From the NCBI GenBank assembly GCA_016928395.1, contig JAFGKV010000057.1, positions 1 through 37,623 on the forward strand: a stretch of DNA of 37,623 nucleotides, in the 5' to 3' direction. Positions within the stretch are counted from its first letter, which is position 1. Each line of letters begins with the position of its first letter. A program made the translations under genes and the position numbers. Under the pieces are notes generated by a model. It saw only the letters and a list, made by a program, of their open reading frames with translations, had not been told where the DNA came from and made no database searches. Shown here in pieces: positions 1 to 9,999 of the stretch. The DNA comes from Candidatus Fermentibacterota bacterium (GTDB lineage Bacteria > JAFGKV01).

Positions 1-96
1 CTAGTCGTTCTAGTCTGAGCGGCAGTAAAGCGTCACCGGCGCACGGGGCGCTGGTAAGATGGTACGTTACTGAGTGTGGTAGTGTCGTTCGGGGGA

Positions 97-116
97 CTAT
101 TCTCATTTTAGAATAG
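97..116. promoter_or_regulatory. Palindromic motif CTATTCT-N6-AGAATAG, copy 1 (putative protein-binding site)
   Basis: ctattct-catttt-agaatag, extending to a...t. The same arms and spacing recur at 6480 and 24050. Confidence 0.5.
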
Positions 117-376
117 TGGTCAAGTCGAGGCGCAGGAAGCAAGCCGGCAGTCGGCCCGCGTCGCGGGAGACTCGAAATCAGAGATGCGAGACTCAATTCT
201 AAGGCTCCAGGGCCACAAAGGAGCGGCGGAGGCATGGTTTCACACTGACCAAGGCACAGTAACTTGACAATTCAGCAACGGCCCCGAAGCTCCACGGGTA
301 TCAAAACGGTGAGGGGACTTGCCGCGCCGGGTGTGGAGGCCTACGAGTGCCGGGTGCAGAGAAGCGGAGGATTGCC

Positions 377-1360
377 ATGGTGGTGAAACGGGTATGGGTA
401 GTGGCCATGGGTGCGTTGATTCTGCTTGCCGTGTTCGCCTGCTCGACAAAGCAGACCTACGTGACCATCGGGACAGGTGGCGTCACGGGGATCTACTACC
501 CCACCGGCGGCCATATCGCTAAACTGGTGAACAAGAAACGCGCTGTCTACGGCCTCCGCTGCACCGTGGAATCAACTGGCGGCTCCGTGTTCAACATCAA
601 TGCAGTGGCCTCGGGCTACTTGGAGTTTGGCATCGCCCAGTCAGACCGGCAATACCAGGCGCTTTACGGCCTGGCGGAATGGGCTGACACGGGGCCGATC
701 GCTTCCCTCAGGGCAGTTTTCAGCATCCATCCTGAGGCAGTCACCTTGGTGGCGGCCGATGACGCGGGCATTATGACCATCGACGACCTCCGAGGCAAGC
801 GCGTCAACCTGGGAAACCCCGGATCGGGCCAGCGGCAGAACGCCCTTGATGCACTGACTGCCAGCGGGCTGAATTGGGAATCGGACATCCATGCGGAGGC
901 CGTCAAGGCTGACGCGGCACCGACTCTCCTGCAGGACGGCCGCATCGACGCCTTCTTCTACACGGTCGGGCATCCCAGCGGCAACATCCTCGAAGCCACT
1001 GCCGGCAGGCGGCGAGTACGTTTCATTCCCATCGTGGGTGCCGGGATCGATTCCCTGGTGATCGCCAAGCCCTACTACGCCAGGGCGACCATCTCCTCGA
1101 GGCACTACCCGCGGGCCCTGAATGCGTCAGACGTGCCGACCTTTGGCGTCAAGGCCACGGTGGTGACTTCCGTCGACGTACCCGCCGACATCGTCTATGC
1201 CGTCACCAAGGAGGTGTTCGACAACCTTCCAGCATTCAAGAAACTCCATCCCGCCTACGAACACCTGACCGTAGCCACCATGAGGGAAGGTCTCTCCGCC
1301 CCCCTCCATGAAGGGGCACTGCGTTACTTCCGTGAAGCAGACCTCATGGAGGCCAGATGA
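377..1360 (+). CDS. TAXI-family TRAP transporter solute-binding subunit (probable lipoprotein)
   Basis: Motifs TIGTGGVTGIYYPTGG, VESTGGSVFNI, GNPGSGQR, DAFFYTVGHP, APLHEGALRYF. Hydrophobic N-terminus ending in VFAC (lipobox-like). GGAGG at 366-370 precedes ATG 377. Confidence 0.95.
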   Translation: MVVKRVWVVAMGALILLAVFACSTKQTYVTIGTGGVTGIYYPTGGHIAKLVNKKRAVYGLRCTVESTGGSVFNINAVASGYLEFGIAQSDRQYQALYGLAEWADTGPIASLRAVFSIHPEAVTLVAADDAGIMTIDDLRGKRVNLGNPGSGQRQNALDALTASGLNWESDIHAEAVKADAAPTLLQDGRIDAFFYTVGHPSGNILEATAGRRRVRFIPIVGAGIDSLVIAKPYYARATISSRHYPRALNASDVPTFGVKATVVTSVDVPADIVYAVTKEVFDNLPAFKKLHPAYEHLTVATMREGLSAPLHEGALRYFREADLMEAR

Positions 1361-1452
1361 CGAAATGCCCCCATAGGGTTCCTTCGAGCTCCCAGATGAG
1401 TTCCTGGGCAAAGATGGGTGTTGCAGCCGGCTGAATCCCGAATCCCTGCCTC

Positions 1453-3486
1453 ATGACGGACACGAGAGACACGCCGCTGCCGCCTGAGGCATCTGAGGCT
1501 GACGAGGGGGCCAGAACCAGGGCCCTGACCGGGCTGTCCGCCCGCATCGTGTTCGTCATTGCCGTGCTCTGGTCTCTCTTTCAGCTTTCGATAGCCAGTT
1601 GGTGGATTCTGGATTCGGTCACGATCCGCTGCGTGCATCTTTCGTTCGCGCTGATGCTGGCGTTCCTGACCTATCCCTGGCGCCGACGCGGCTACGCCGA
1701 TGCCGCTGCCACCGGCATCTCACGCGTGGATCTGGTGCTGGCGGGGCTCGGTGCGCTGGCGGCACTCTATCTCGCGTTGGACTACGTCGGTATTGCCGGA
1801 AGACAGGGCAGCCCCATTCTGCGGGATTTGCTGACAGGATTCGTGATGCTGCTGCTCCTCCTGGAGGCGACCCGCCGCGTGGTCGGCCCGGCCCTTCCCC
1901 TTATCTGCAGCCTCTTCTGCATCTACAGTTTTGTCGGGCCCCATATGCCGCATGTGATTTCGTTCAAGGGCGTTTCGCTGGGGCGTTTCGTGGGCCAAAT
2001 GACCATGTCCACCGAAGGGATCTACGGCATACCGCTCCACGTGTCGGCATCGGTGGTGTTCCTGTTCGTGCTCTTCGGCGCCATGCTGGAGAAGGCCGGT
2101 GCGGGTGCGTTCTTCCTGCGCCTGGCACTTTCCCTTCTGGGCGGTTTCCGCGGCGGACCCGCCAAGGCGGCTATCCTGAGCAGCGCCAGCACCGGGTTGT
2201 TCTCCGGATCGAGCATTGCCAATATCGTCACGACGGGAACCTTCACGATTCCCATGATGAAGCGGGTCGGGTATCCGGCCAAGAAGGCGGCGGCCATCGA
2301 GGTGGCGGCCAGCACCGACGGACAGCTCATGCCTCCCATCATGGGCGCCGCGGCCTTCATCATCGCCGAGTACGTCAATGTCCCGTATCTGGAGGTCGTC
2401 AAGGCGGCGGCCATCCCAGCCTTGGCGTCATACGCGGCGCTGTTCTACATCACCCATCTGGAGGCCTGCAAACTGGGACTGCGCGGTCTGCCGCGGGAGG
2501 AGCTTCCCCGGCTTCGGTCGGTGCTGTCCAGCGGGTGGCACTACCTCGTGCCTTTGGCATTCCTGCTGTATCAGCTCATCGTCCTGCGGCGATCACCCGA
2601 TGCGTCGGTGTTCAATGGTATCTGGCTCCTGGCGCTGATCATGCTGATTCAGCGTCCCATTCGCGCCCTGGCCAAAGGGGAGCCGATGGCACCCGCGCTT
2701 CGTCTCGGTGTCGAGCAGATCATGCAGGCTTTGTCCCGGGGCGCGCGCAACATGGTGGCAGTCGCCTTGGCAACCGCGGCGGCCGGTGTCATCGTCGGCG
2801 TGGTCACCATGGGGCTGGGAGGGCTGGTCACCGAGGTGATCGACGTACTGTCGGGCGGCAACATCCTCCTGATGCTGATCATCACGGCTATTGCCAGTCT
2901 GATTCTCGGCATGGGGCTCCCCACGACCGCTACCTACATCGTCATGGCATCGCTCACTGCCCGGGCAATGGTGGAATTGGCGGCATGGAACGACTTCGTC
3001 ATGCCGCTGTTGGCTGCGCATCTGTTCTGCTTCTACTTCGGGATTCTGGCCGATGACACGCCGCCCGTGGGCCTGGCGGCCTACGCGGCGTCTGCTATTG
3101 CCCGCTCAGCACCCATCCCCACGGGATTGCAGGGCTTCATGTATGACATCCGCACGGCCATCATCCCCTTCATGTTCGTCTACAACACCGACATCATCCT
3201 CCACGGGATCACCAGTTGGCCTCTGGGCATCCTGATCCTGGTCATGACGTCGGCCGGCGCGTGCTCCTTCGCGGCGGCTACCCAGGGATGGTTCATCACG
3301 CGCAACCGATGGTACGACACAGTGCTGCTGCTGGCGGCAACCTTCTCCCTCATGCGCCCTGACTTCATCGCGCAGACGCTCTTGGGCGACCCAGCCCTCC
3401 GCCACGCCACCTACCCCATCGGCCTGACCATCCTCGCCGCCACCTGCCTACTCCAGCGCGCTCGCCGATCTCCCAACAGCTCGTAG
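1453..3486 (+). CDS. TRAP transporter 4TM/12TM fused permease (TAXI type)
   Basis: Polytopic membrane protein with RGGPAKAA, SGSSIANIVTTGTFTIPMMK, GQLMPPIMGAAAF, LGMGLPTTATY, ADDTPPVGLAAYAA. Adjacent to the TAXI binding protein. Confidence 0.95.
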   Translation: MTDTRDTPLPPEASEADEGARTRALTGLSARIVFVIAVLWSLFQLSIASWWILDSVTIRCVHLSFALMLAFLTYPWRRRGYADAAATGISRVDLVLAGLGALAALYLALDYVGIAGRQGSPILRDLLTGFVMLLLLLEATRRVVGPALPLICSLFCIYSFVGPHMPHVISFKGVSLGRFVGQMTMSTEGIYGIPLHVSASVVFLFVLFGAMLEKAGAGAFFLRLALSLLGGFRGGPAKAAILSSASTGLFSGSSIANIVTTGTFTIPMMKRVGYPAKKAAAIEVAASTDGQLMPPIMGAAAFIIAEYVNVPYLEVVKAAAIPALASYAALFYITHLEACKLGLRGLPREELPRLRSVLSSGWHYLVPLAFLLYQLIVLRRSPDASVFNGIWLLALIMLIQRPIRALAKGEPMAPALRLGVEQIMQALSRGARNMVAVALATAAAGVIVGVVTMGLGGLVTEVIDVLSGGNILLMLIITAIASLILGMGLPTTATYIVMASLTARAMVELAAWNDFVMPLLAAHLFCFYFGILADDTPPVGLAAYAASAIARSAPIPTGLQGFMYDIRTAIIPFMFVYNTDIILHGITSWPLGILILVMTSAGACSFAAATQGWFITRNRWYDTVLLLAATFSLMRPDFIAQTLLGDPALRHATYPIGLTILAATCLLQRARRSPNSS

Positions 3487-3602
3487 GTGGGGTTCGCGCA
3501 GCGTATCCCGACGACCCTCCATCCATCAGTAAGGAACTTAGGGGACATTGGTACCGAAGGTACTTGATGAGAGTCCGGGGAGATGGTAGAGTTGACTGCA
3601 CT

Positions 3603-3681
3603 ATGCCACGAGGACCACGGTTAGACGCCCCCGTCGCACTCCACCATGGGATGGGCTCGAGGGATCGATGGGCTGACGATC
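3603..3681 (+). pseudogene. N-terminal remnant of a REP-associated tyrosine transposase (RAYT / IS200-like Y1)
   Basis: Reads MPRGPRLDAPVALHHGM, then after skipping one G near 3654 reads ARGIDGLTI. This matches the typical MPRxxRLDAPGxLHHVxxRGIE start of this family. No continuation to an HUH motif was recognised. Confidence 0.6.
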
Positions 3682-3810
3682 CTGCAACTCCGGCCCTTGA
3701 CCTTCCCGGAAGAGGGAACCTACCGTCTCGTCGCGAAGCCCGCAGGCGGCCGGACCCGTGCGCTCTACTCCTTCGATGTCAGCATCGTACGATGAGGATC
3801 AGTCGCTGCG

Positions 3811-3830
3811 CTATTCTCAGCTTGGAATTG
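3811..3830. promoter_or_regulatory. Degenerate copy of the CTATTCT-N6-AGAATAG motif
   Basis: ctattct-cagctt-ggaattg: perfect left arm, 2 mismatches in the right arm, intergenic. Confidence 0.35.
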
Positions 3831-4335
3831 TGCTGCAGAAGACGCTTCACGGCTCAGTCGATTTGTGGCGCACGGGACGGAGGAGCTCGGGGGCAAATCC
3901 TGGATCTACACTCATCCGTCCCGCGGCCTTGGCAGTGGCCTCCTTGGGCTAGCTCTCTCCATCCCCGCCTGGATTCCTCGAACGGGTCGTTCAATGACAA
4001 GGGGAGCGCGGGTGAACCGAGAGAAATGAGGAGCACAGCCGTCATCACCCGATTCATCCGGGCGATCCAGGACTTCGGCGCTGAGTGCCCGAACCGAAAC
4101 ATAGACCGGGGCAGCAGATGCATGACCCGACATGGATTCCTTCACTACGAGCCGGGCCCTGACCTTACCGAATCGAGCCAGTGTCGGCCAGCAGAGTCAC
4201 GAACCGGAATGAGCGTTGCGCACTCTCGTTCACTGGAATAAGCTGCACGTACAGCTTGTGGCCGGGGCCTGCTCCCGGTCAGGCTGCGGGAACACTTCCA
4301 GCAGCCACGCGGTCTTCGCAGCAAGGAGGAACCAC

Positions 4336-6174
4336 ATGTACGTGCGCACCTCATCCTTGGGTCTCGTCGTTGTGCTCACGCTCAGTGTCGCAGGATTCGG
4401 TAGCGCCCGCGCCGAGATCCCACAGGTCATCAGCTATCAGGGCAAGATCACGGATGGAACCGGTACTCCTGTTCCCGACGGACCCTACAACATGCGGTTC
4501 AACATCTACGATACCGAGACAAGCGGCACGTCGCTGTGGTACAGCAGCACGGTGAACGTACAGGTCACTGACGGAGTGTTCAGTGTTCTCCTCGGAGGGA
4601 GTGGGCAGCCGGCAATCGACCTTCCCTTTGATGCTGACTACTGGCTCAACGTGTGGATAGAAGGCACTACGCAGACGCCACGGCAGAGGTTGGGCAGCGT
4701 GGGGTATGCTTACATGGCCAGCGGGGTAGTGCCGGGGACCGAAGTCTCAGGTCCCGTGACAGGCGGGAGCCTCACCGCCCTGAAAGCTACGAATACGTCT
4801 ACGACTGGATCAACATTCGGTCTCTACGGGACGAGCACGTCCACCGCCGGAACCGGGGTCAGGGGAGATGCGCTGGCGACCACAGGCACGACCTTTGGGG
4901 TTCGCGGTGCGTCGCTATCGACCTCGGGAGCCGGCGTCTACGGCTCGGCCGACGCCACCGCTGGCACCGCCTCCGGCATCTATGGTTTGAGTTTCTCGAC
5001 ATCGGGGAGAGGCGTCTACGGCGCCGCAGCAGCAACGTCGGGAGTCACCCATGGCGTGTACGGTGAGACGATCTCCGGGTCGGGGAGGGGCGTCTACGGG
5101 GTTGCGGGGGCGAGCACGGGCACGGCGTACGGCGTCTACGGGAAGAGCTCCTCGACAGCCGGAACCGGCGTTCGAGGCTCCGCTGAAGCATTATCCGGTA
5201 ATACGGTAGGGGTCTATGGCAGCAGTTCATCTCCCACAGGAAAGGCACTGTACGGCGAGGCCCTGGCAACATCGGGGATTGCGTTCGGTGTCTTCGGATA
5301 CACCGCATCTTCGTCGGGGAGAGCCGTAGCAGGCTTCGCTGCAACAGGGGGAGGATCAACGTACGGTGTACACGGCCAGAGTGCTTCGACCTCAGGAAGG
5401 GGCGTGTACGGCTGGGCCTCGGCGACTGGCGGTACTACGTATGGTGTGCACGGACTGTGCCAATCAGGCACTGGGTATGGGGTCTATGGAGAGAATAGCT
5501 CAACGTTGGGATTCTGCGCAGGTGTGTACGGAACGAGCGCGTCCCAGGCAGGCTACGGCATGCTGGGGGAAAACACTGCCACGACCGGCACATGCTACGG
5601 CGGAAGGTTCGAGAGCGAATCCGACGGCGGCAGAGGCGTCTATGGGTATGCGTCGGCGTCGAGCGGCACAACGTATGGTGTATACGGGAGAAGCGACTCT
5701 CCATCAGGCTACGGCGTCTACTACTCAGGTGGGATCAACGGTTCCGGGCTCATGCGAACGGTTGTGTTGACCTCGCAAGGACCAACTGGCCTTGATGCCC
5801 TGTCGGCAGCCGGAAGCTGGGTCGAGGATTTCGGCGAGGGGCGGCTGATGAAGGGTCGCTCTCACATCGACCTGGATCCCCTCTTTCTGGAGACCGTGAC
5901 CATCGACGATGCCACCCCGATGAAGGTCTTCGTCGAGCTCAGCGGGAGATGCCGCGGCGTCTATGTTGAGCGAGGCCAGACGGGTTTCGATGTCATCGAG
6001 CAGGACGATGGCACCAGCGATGTAGGCTTCTGCTATCGCGTGGTCGCCAAGCGCCGGGGTTTCGAGGAGAAGCGCCTGGACTACTGTGAGGCGGCGGAGA
6101 GCGATTCCCATTTGTTCCCCGAACTTCGTGAGAGGGAACGCCAGGAGGGGCAGGAACGAACCCAAATGCAGTGA
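4336..6174 (+). CDS. Secreted Gly/Ser/Thr-rich repeat protein (tail-fibre/adhesin-like, probable beta-solenoid)
   Basis: AAGGAGGA before ATG 4336; signal peptide ending ARA-E; N-domain IPQVISYQGKITD...VTDGVFSVLLG...PRQRLGSVGYA; 26-aa repeats; C-domain EDFGEGRL...LDPLFLETVTID...FCYRVVAKRRGFE. Confidence 0.75.
   Translation: MYVRTSSLGLVVVLTLSVAGFGSARAEIPQVISYQGKITDGTGTPVPDGPYNMRFNIYDTETSGTSLWYSSTVNVQVTDGVFSVLLGGSGQPAIDLPFDADYWLNVWIEGTTQTPRQRLGSVGYAYMASGVVPGTEVSGPVTGGSLTALKATNTSTTGSTFGLYGTSTSTAGTGVRGDALATTGTTFGVRGASLSTSGAGVYGSADATAGTASGIYGLSFSTSGRGVYGAAAATSGVTHGVYGETISGSGRGVYGVAGASTGTAYGVYGKSSSTAGTGVRGSAEALSGNTVGVYGSSSSPTGKALYGEALATSGIAFGVFGYTASSSGRAVAGFAATGGGSTYGVHGQSASTSGRGVYGWASATGGTTYGVHGLCQSGTGYGVYGENSSTLGFCAGVYGTSASQAGYGMLGENTATTGTCYGGRFESESDGGRGVYGYASASSGTTYGVYGRSDSPSGYGVYYSGGINGSGLMRTVVLTSQGPTGLDALSAAGSWVEDFGEGRLMKGRSHIDLDPLFLETVTIDDATPMKVFVELSGRCRGVYVERGQTGFDVIEQDDGTSDVGFCYRVVAKRRGFEEKRLDYCEAAESDSHLFPELRERERQEGQERTQMQ
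4777..5712 (+). repeat. Twelve in-frame 78-bp (26-aa) tandem repeats, consensus GVYG-x10-GVYG-x8
   Basis: Counted from ALKATNTSTTGSTF-GLYGTSTSTAGT to GVYGYASASSGTTY-GVYGRSDSPSGY. The 14+12 aa periodicity has no indels. Confidence 0.9.
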
Positions 6175-6479
6175 CGGACCATCCTCCTAATGCAGGAGCT
6201 TCCGGTCGTCGCACCGAGACTGTAGAGACCTCGGGGGGTTGTCTGAAGACCCATCTCGGAATACTCCAGAGAATGGGAAGGATCTTGAGATCACTATTCT
6301 AATCTCTTGATCATCCGTCCCGCGTACGTGGCTGTGGCCTCCCGTGTCCGTCTTTGTCCGCCCCGGTCTGGATTACCCCAATCAGTCGGGCAATGATGAG
6401 GCAGCCGGTTGAGGCACACAGCCCCATCGGGAGCGACAGCTGCACTAGCGAAGAACGGAGAGAAGCCCGGCGGCGACAG

Positions 6480-6499
6480 CTATTCTCACGTGAGAATAG
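6480..6499. promoter_or_regulatory. Perfect 20-bp palindrome CTATTCTCACGTGAGAATAG, motif copy 2
   Basis: Read directly. Lies between convergent genes ending at 6174 (+) and 6646 (-). Confidence 0.5.
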
Positions 6500-6645
6500 T
6501 CTGCATCGAGGTCTTCCAGAGGTCTCATCAGCCGTCTGTCATGCGCCGCAGAACCGCACGGCGTCAAGACGAGCCATCCTTGCACCCCCGTGGTGCCGCG
6601 CGAGAACCGCCGCACAGGGAGTCACGCCACCCCCGCCTGAACTGG

Positions 6646-7254
6646 TCAGCGAACCAGGAGACGGGTGCCGCAGTGGGCCGCGAGCTCCCGGGCAGCCGAT
6701 ACTTCCTCGGGACTGAGTACCGCGCCCACCACGGATGCCCAGGCGTCCGGTAGATGGCGGACCGCCCTGCGAAGGAATTCTACGACCCAGGGCCACGCCT
6801 CGTCGCCGGCAGCCGGGCACGAGACCCGAACATAGCTGGCGGCATCGGGCGCGTTCAGCGACACATTGACGCGATCAATGCACCCGACGAGCCGGGAGAT
6901 GATGTCCGTGTGGTGAATGAGTTCGGCCTGCCCGTTGGTGTTCAGGCGTACCGGCAGGCCCTGTGTCGTGGCCCACCGGGCGATCTCCAGCAGTTCCTCG
7001 ATGCGCAGCGTGGGCTCACCATACCCGCAGAACACGACCTCGATCGGATCACGGCCGGCGGCGAGTCGGCGCTGTAGAGCGGCAAGATACGCGGCAGCCG
7101 GATGCTCCCGGGATAGACGAAGATCGAACTCCCCGAGTCGGAAATGGTGGGCTGTCCGCCCGCAGAAGGTGCATTCATTGGTGCACCGGCTGGTGAGGTT
7201 CACGTAGAGGCGTAGCGGGCGGTACTCGTAGATCAGGCAGTCCATATGCCTCAT
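6646..7254 (-). CDS. Radical SAM protein, TatD-associated type
   Basis: LYVNLTSRCTNECTFC (CxxxCxxC), EVVFCGYGEPTLR, VRLNTNGQ, VSLNAPDA. ATG at 7254 overlaps the upstream TGA (ATGA); alternative start at 7245. Confidence 0.88.
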   Translation of the reverse strand: MRHMDCLIYEYRPLRLYVNLTSRCTNECTFCGRTAHHFRLGEFDLRLSREHPAAAYLAALQRRLAAGRDPIEVVFCGYGEPTLRIEELLEIARWATTQGLPVRLNTNGQAELIHHTDIISRLVGCIDRVNVSLNAPDAASYVRVSCPAAGDEAWPWVVEFLRRAVRHLPDAWASVVGAVLSPEEVSAARELAAHCGTRLLVR

Positions 7255-8567
7255 CCCCGCCGTCGCATCACCCATGAGAGAATCCGGTCGGCCCCATGCG
7301 CCGCCGCCAGGATCAGGATGGAATCCCCTGGTATGCGGTAGCGGATACCTCCGTGGAAGAGCGCGTGCATCGCCAGATACCCAAACCAGCTCATGACCGA
7401 CATGGCCACAACCGGGTGCCGCCACCCGGCGAATCCGCCCGCCGAGGCCAGTGCCAGGAGCAAGGCAAATGATGCGCTGCCGGCGAGGTCGGCGAGACCT
7501 GATCGCACCGTAGATCCCGTGAACCTGAGGTACCAACGTACCCGCAACCAGCACAGGTGGACAAAGTATCGGGGATTGCAGCGTATGTACAATTTGGCTC
7601 GCGCCAGCAGCACACGGTTACGCTGCACCTCGGGCATGGTCTCGGGAAACTGAGGAAACTCCTCCAGTTCGCGGCACGTGAGACGATCCAACAAGGTACG
7701 CGGGATCGGCAACCCGACACGTTCGAGCTGAAGCTGCTGAATGCCGGGATGGTTCTGCATCCAAAGATTCAGGCCGTCCTTCGTCGGCATCAGACGATAC
7801 TCGCCCATGACCACGCCATTGCGGATCACCCAGGGGGCTGTCGTCAGAGCAAAGGCCAGGAGAGCGAAGGGAAGCGATCGCGCCGTCGTGCGGCGCATCA
7901 CGGCTGCGATGACCACCGCCAACGCGCCAACGGGCAGCATGGCTGACCTGGCGAGAAAAGCCGCCCCCGACGCGAGCCCGAACAAGAGTGCCCGACCCTT
8001 CCCGGGAACCGCAATCCACCGCGCCCATAGGGCTAGAGCGACGGCCTGCAGAAAGATGAACAGGGTCTCGGTGGTCACCATGCCCGTGTAGTATACGGCA
8101 TGGGGGAAGAAAGCGAAGCCCAGGCTGGCCAGCAGCCCCACGCGAGAGGTCAGCGTCGCCCCAGCAATCCACAGGGCCACAGCCGTGAACGCGCCCAGCA
8201 GCGCCTGCGCAATTCGTATCAGCGGGACATTCCCCGCCGATACCGCGTCCAGCCCTCCCACCATGAGTGGATAGAGCGGCTCGATGATGGCGGTCTGCTT
8301 CCCCTCCAAGGCGACACCCATGCCTGGGTCATATGGATCGATCCAGTACTCGAAGACCTTCCGCTTCCACTCCCCTCCCTCCAGGGGATGGTACTCGCGG
8401 GGCGTGAGGGTCAACCCCTTACCCTCGGCCACCGCCCGGCCCATGCGCAGGTACATGCGTTGATCCTCCAGGGGCCGCATGAGCTCCGGGCCCCTGGGGA
8501 TAACGAATGCCAGGCGGATCGCTAGAGCGACAGAGAACACGATCCAGGCCGGCTTCAGTCGCACCAT
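7251..8567 (-). CDS. GT-C (ArnT/PMT-like, GT39/GT83-type) membrane glycosyltransferase
   Basis: Multi-TM protein with an acidic ED motif after TM1, EPLYP, TETLFIFL, PWVIRN, GLNLWMQN and RYRIP. GGAGG upstream of GTG/ATG at 8570/8567. Confidence 0.8.
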   Translation of the reverse strand: MVRLKPAWIVFSVALAIRLAFVIPRGPELMRPLEDQRMYLRMGRAVAEGKGLTLTPREYHPLEGGEWKRKVFEYWIDPYDPGMGVALEGKQTAIIEPLYPLMVGGLDAVSAGNVPLIRIAQALLGAFTAVALWIAGATLTSRVGLLASLGFAFFPHAVYYTGMVTTETLFIFLQAVALALWARWIAVPGKGRALLFGLASGAAFLARSAMLPVGALAVVIAAVMRRTTARSLPFALLAFALTTAPWVIRNGVVMGEYRLMPTKDGLNLWMQNHPGIQQLQLERVGLPIPRTLLDRLTCRELEEFPQFPETMPEVQRNRVLLARAKLYIRCNPRYFVHLCWLRVRWYLRFTGSTVRSGLADLAGSASFALLLALASAGGFAGWRHPVVAMSVMSWFGYLAMHALFHGGIRYRIPGDSILILAAAHGADRILSWVMRRRG

Positions 8568-8748
8568 CACGGGGAAGCCTCCCGAAGAGATGGCATGACG
8601 AGCGGTATCGCCGAACGAGATGCCCCACGCGTCTTCAGGAGGCATCCGGTCATTTCAGACGTAGGGGAAGCCGCGCCCTCCCCATCGAATACGCGGCCCG
8701 GAAAAGCCGACGCGGATAGCCACGGGAAGCCGCGCCCAGGCGTGCAGA

Positions 8749-9999
8749 TCATGGGCTTGTCATCCTCTTCGCGGCAGTGATCCACAGTCGAAGCTCCATG
8801 GCTGAGGGAGGATCCTCCCCCCACCGTGCCATGAGAGTATCGGCATTGCATCGGGCCAGTTCGGCAACCCTGCAGATCCCCAGGCCTTCCAGCTCCAAGG
8901 CCCGGGGAAGTCCCAGTCCGCGGTGCCGGGCCATATCCAGAAGCCGGCACCAGCGATCAGGAACCACCTTCCCTTCGGACAATGCGGGGCACAGCTCGAA
9001 GGCGACACGGTGCGCCGGGATTCCGATGGAATCATCCCATCCGGGAAGGTCCCTGGCCAGGGGCACGAATGACCTGACGGAGCCATGGTCTATCAACGCG
9101 AATCCCGCTATGCTCACCGGTATGGTCACAACGAACGACCACAACAGCCTCCGAGCACACACTCCACGTGCTGTTGCGTGGCCATCGGCATTGAGGCGAC
9201 GTACCGCCGACCAGAAGGAATAGGTGGCTAGCGCGAACGGCGGAAACCCCAGAAACCCAAGGATGGGCATCTCGAATACCTTGCCTTCCTCCAAACCCGG
9301 TACCGTGTAGATCCACCGGCTCAAGGAGTATGCGTTGAACAACTCCCACAAGCCCCCCACCACGAATCCGGCGGTGAGCAGCCGAAGCAGTGTCGCGGGG
9401 CGCCCCTGTGAAAGCTCCGTCAGGATGGTGGATACGCTCCTTCGGGCCACGCAGGGCTCGATCAGAAGCGGGGCGAACAGCCACGTGAGGGGGAAGCAGC
9501 AGCGTGGCCATGCCAGGGACAACAGCAATGCGACTGCTCCTGCCACCATAATGATTCGAAGGAGGCGACCCGTGAGGTCGAATTCCGGCCACTTCGTCTT
9601 CCCGAAGAGCCCGATGTGCCGCAAAGCATCGTGGGTAAGCAAGGTCAACGGGATCACGGTGGCGAATGCGGTCCAGAACCCACACCAGCGAAGGCCCCTG
9701 GACGGAGGCAGCATCACATAATACCAGTTCTGGAGCCGAAGCCCCACGATATCGAAGAACACCCACCAGACTACCGACCACGGAAGCACAACGAGGAAGT
9801 CTCTCCCCCACGCCTCCAACGGGCGGGGCCTGATCGCGGCCAGAACTCCAGCCAGAATGCCGAGGTAGCTCCACCATGAGGCCTGATAGAACCACATACC
9901 CCACGCCAGGTCCCCCTCGAGAACCCTACTCCAGGCCAATCCGTGAACCCCGACTCCCACCACACAGAGGATGATGCCAGACACCCGTGTTGGCATCAT
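8749..9999 (-). CDS. Integral membrane protein with probable C-terminal DUF4332/HhH-like segment
   Basis: Several TM helices; LQNWYY, GGLWELFN, WIYTVP, FEMPILGFLGFPPFAL. C-terminal RGLGLPRALELEGLGICRVAELA is HhH-like. Confidence 0.65.
   Translation of the reverse strand: MMPTRVSGIILCVVGVGVHGLAWSRVLEGDLAWGMWFYQASWWSYLGILAGVLAAIRPRPLEAWGRDFLVVLPWSVVWWVFFDIVGLRLQNWYYVMLPPSRGLRWCGFWTAFATVIPLTLLTHDALRHIGLFGKTKWPEFDLTGRLLRIIMVAGAVALLLSLAWPRCCFPLTWLFAPLLIEPCVARRSVSTILTELSQGRPATLLRLLTAGFVVGGLWELFNAYSLSRWIYTVPGLEEGKVFEMPILGFLGFPPFALATYSFWSAVRRLNADGHATARGVCARRLLWSFVVTIPVSIAGFALIDHGSVRSFVPLARDLPGWDDSIGIPAHRVAFELCPALSEGKVVPDRWCRLLDMARHRGLGLPRALELEGLGICRVAELARCNADTLMARWGEDPPSAMELRLWITAAKRMTSP

Noticed and set aside
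264-292. Sigma70 promoter for the TAXI operon
   Set aside because: Perfect TTGACA at 264-269 but no credible -10 at 16-18 bp spacing.
1599-3056. 485-aa alternative-frame ORF, and similar overlapping ORFs at 19010-20161, 20808-21734 and 9032-9904
   Set aside because: Arg/Gly/Pro-rich off-frame or antisense products overlapping well-supported genes.
3564-4241. 225-aa ORF as a real gene
   Set aside because: Only ~17 codons resemble a protein family (RAYT start); the rest is read-through after the frameshift.
4336-6174. Prophage interpretation of the fibre-like gene
   Set aside because: It has a Sec-type signal peptide and there are no integrase, capsid, terminase or other tail genes in the window.
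6482-6497. parS site
   Set aside because: Shares the TCACGTGA core but the arms differ from TGTTTCACGTGAAACA, and the sister copies conserve the arms rather than the core.
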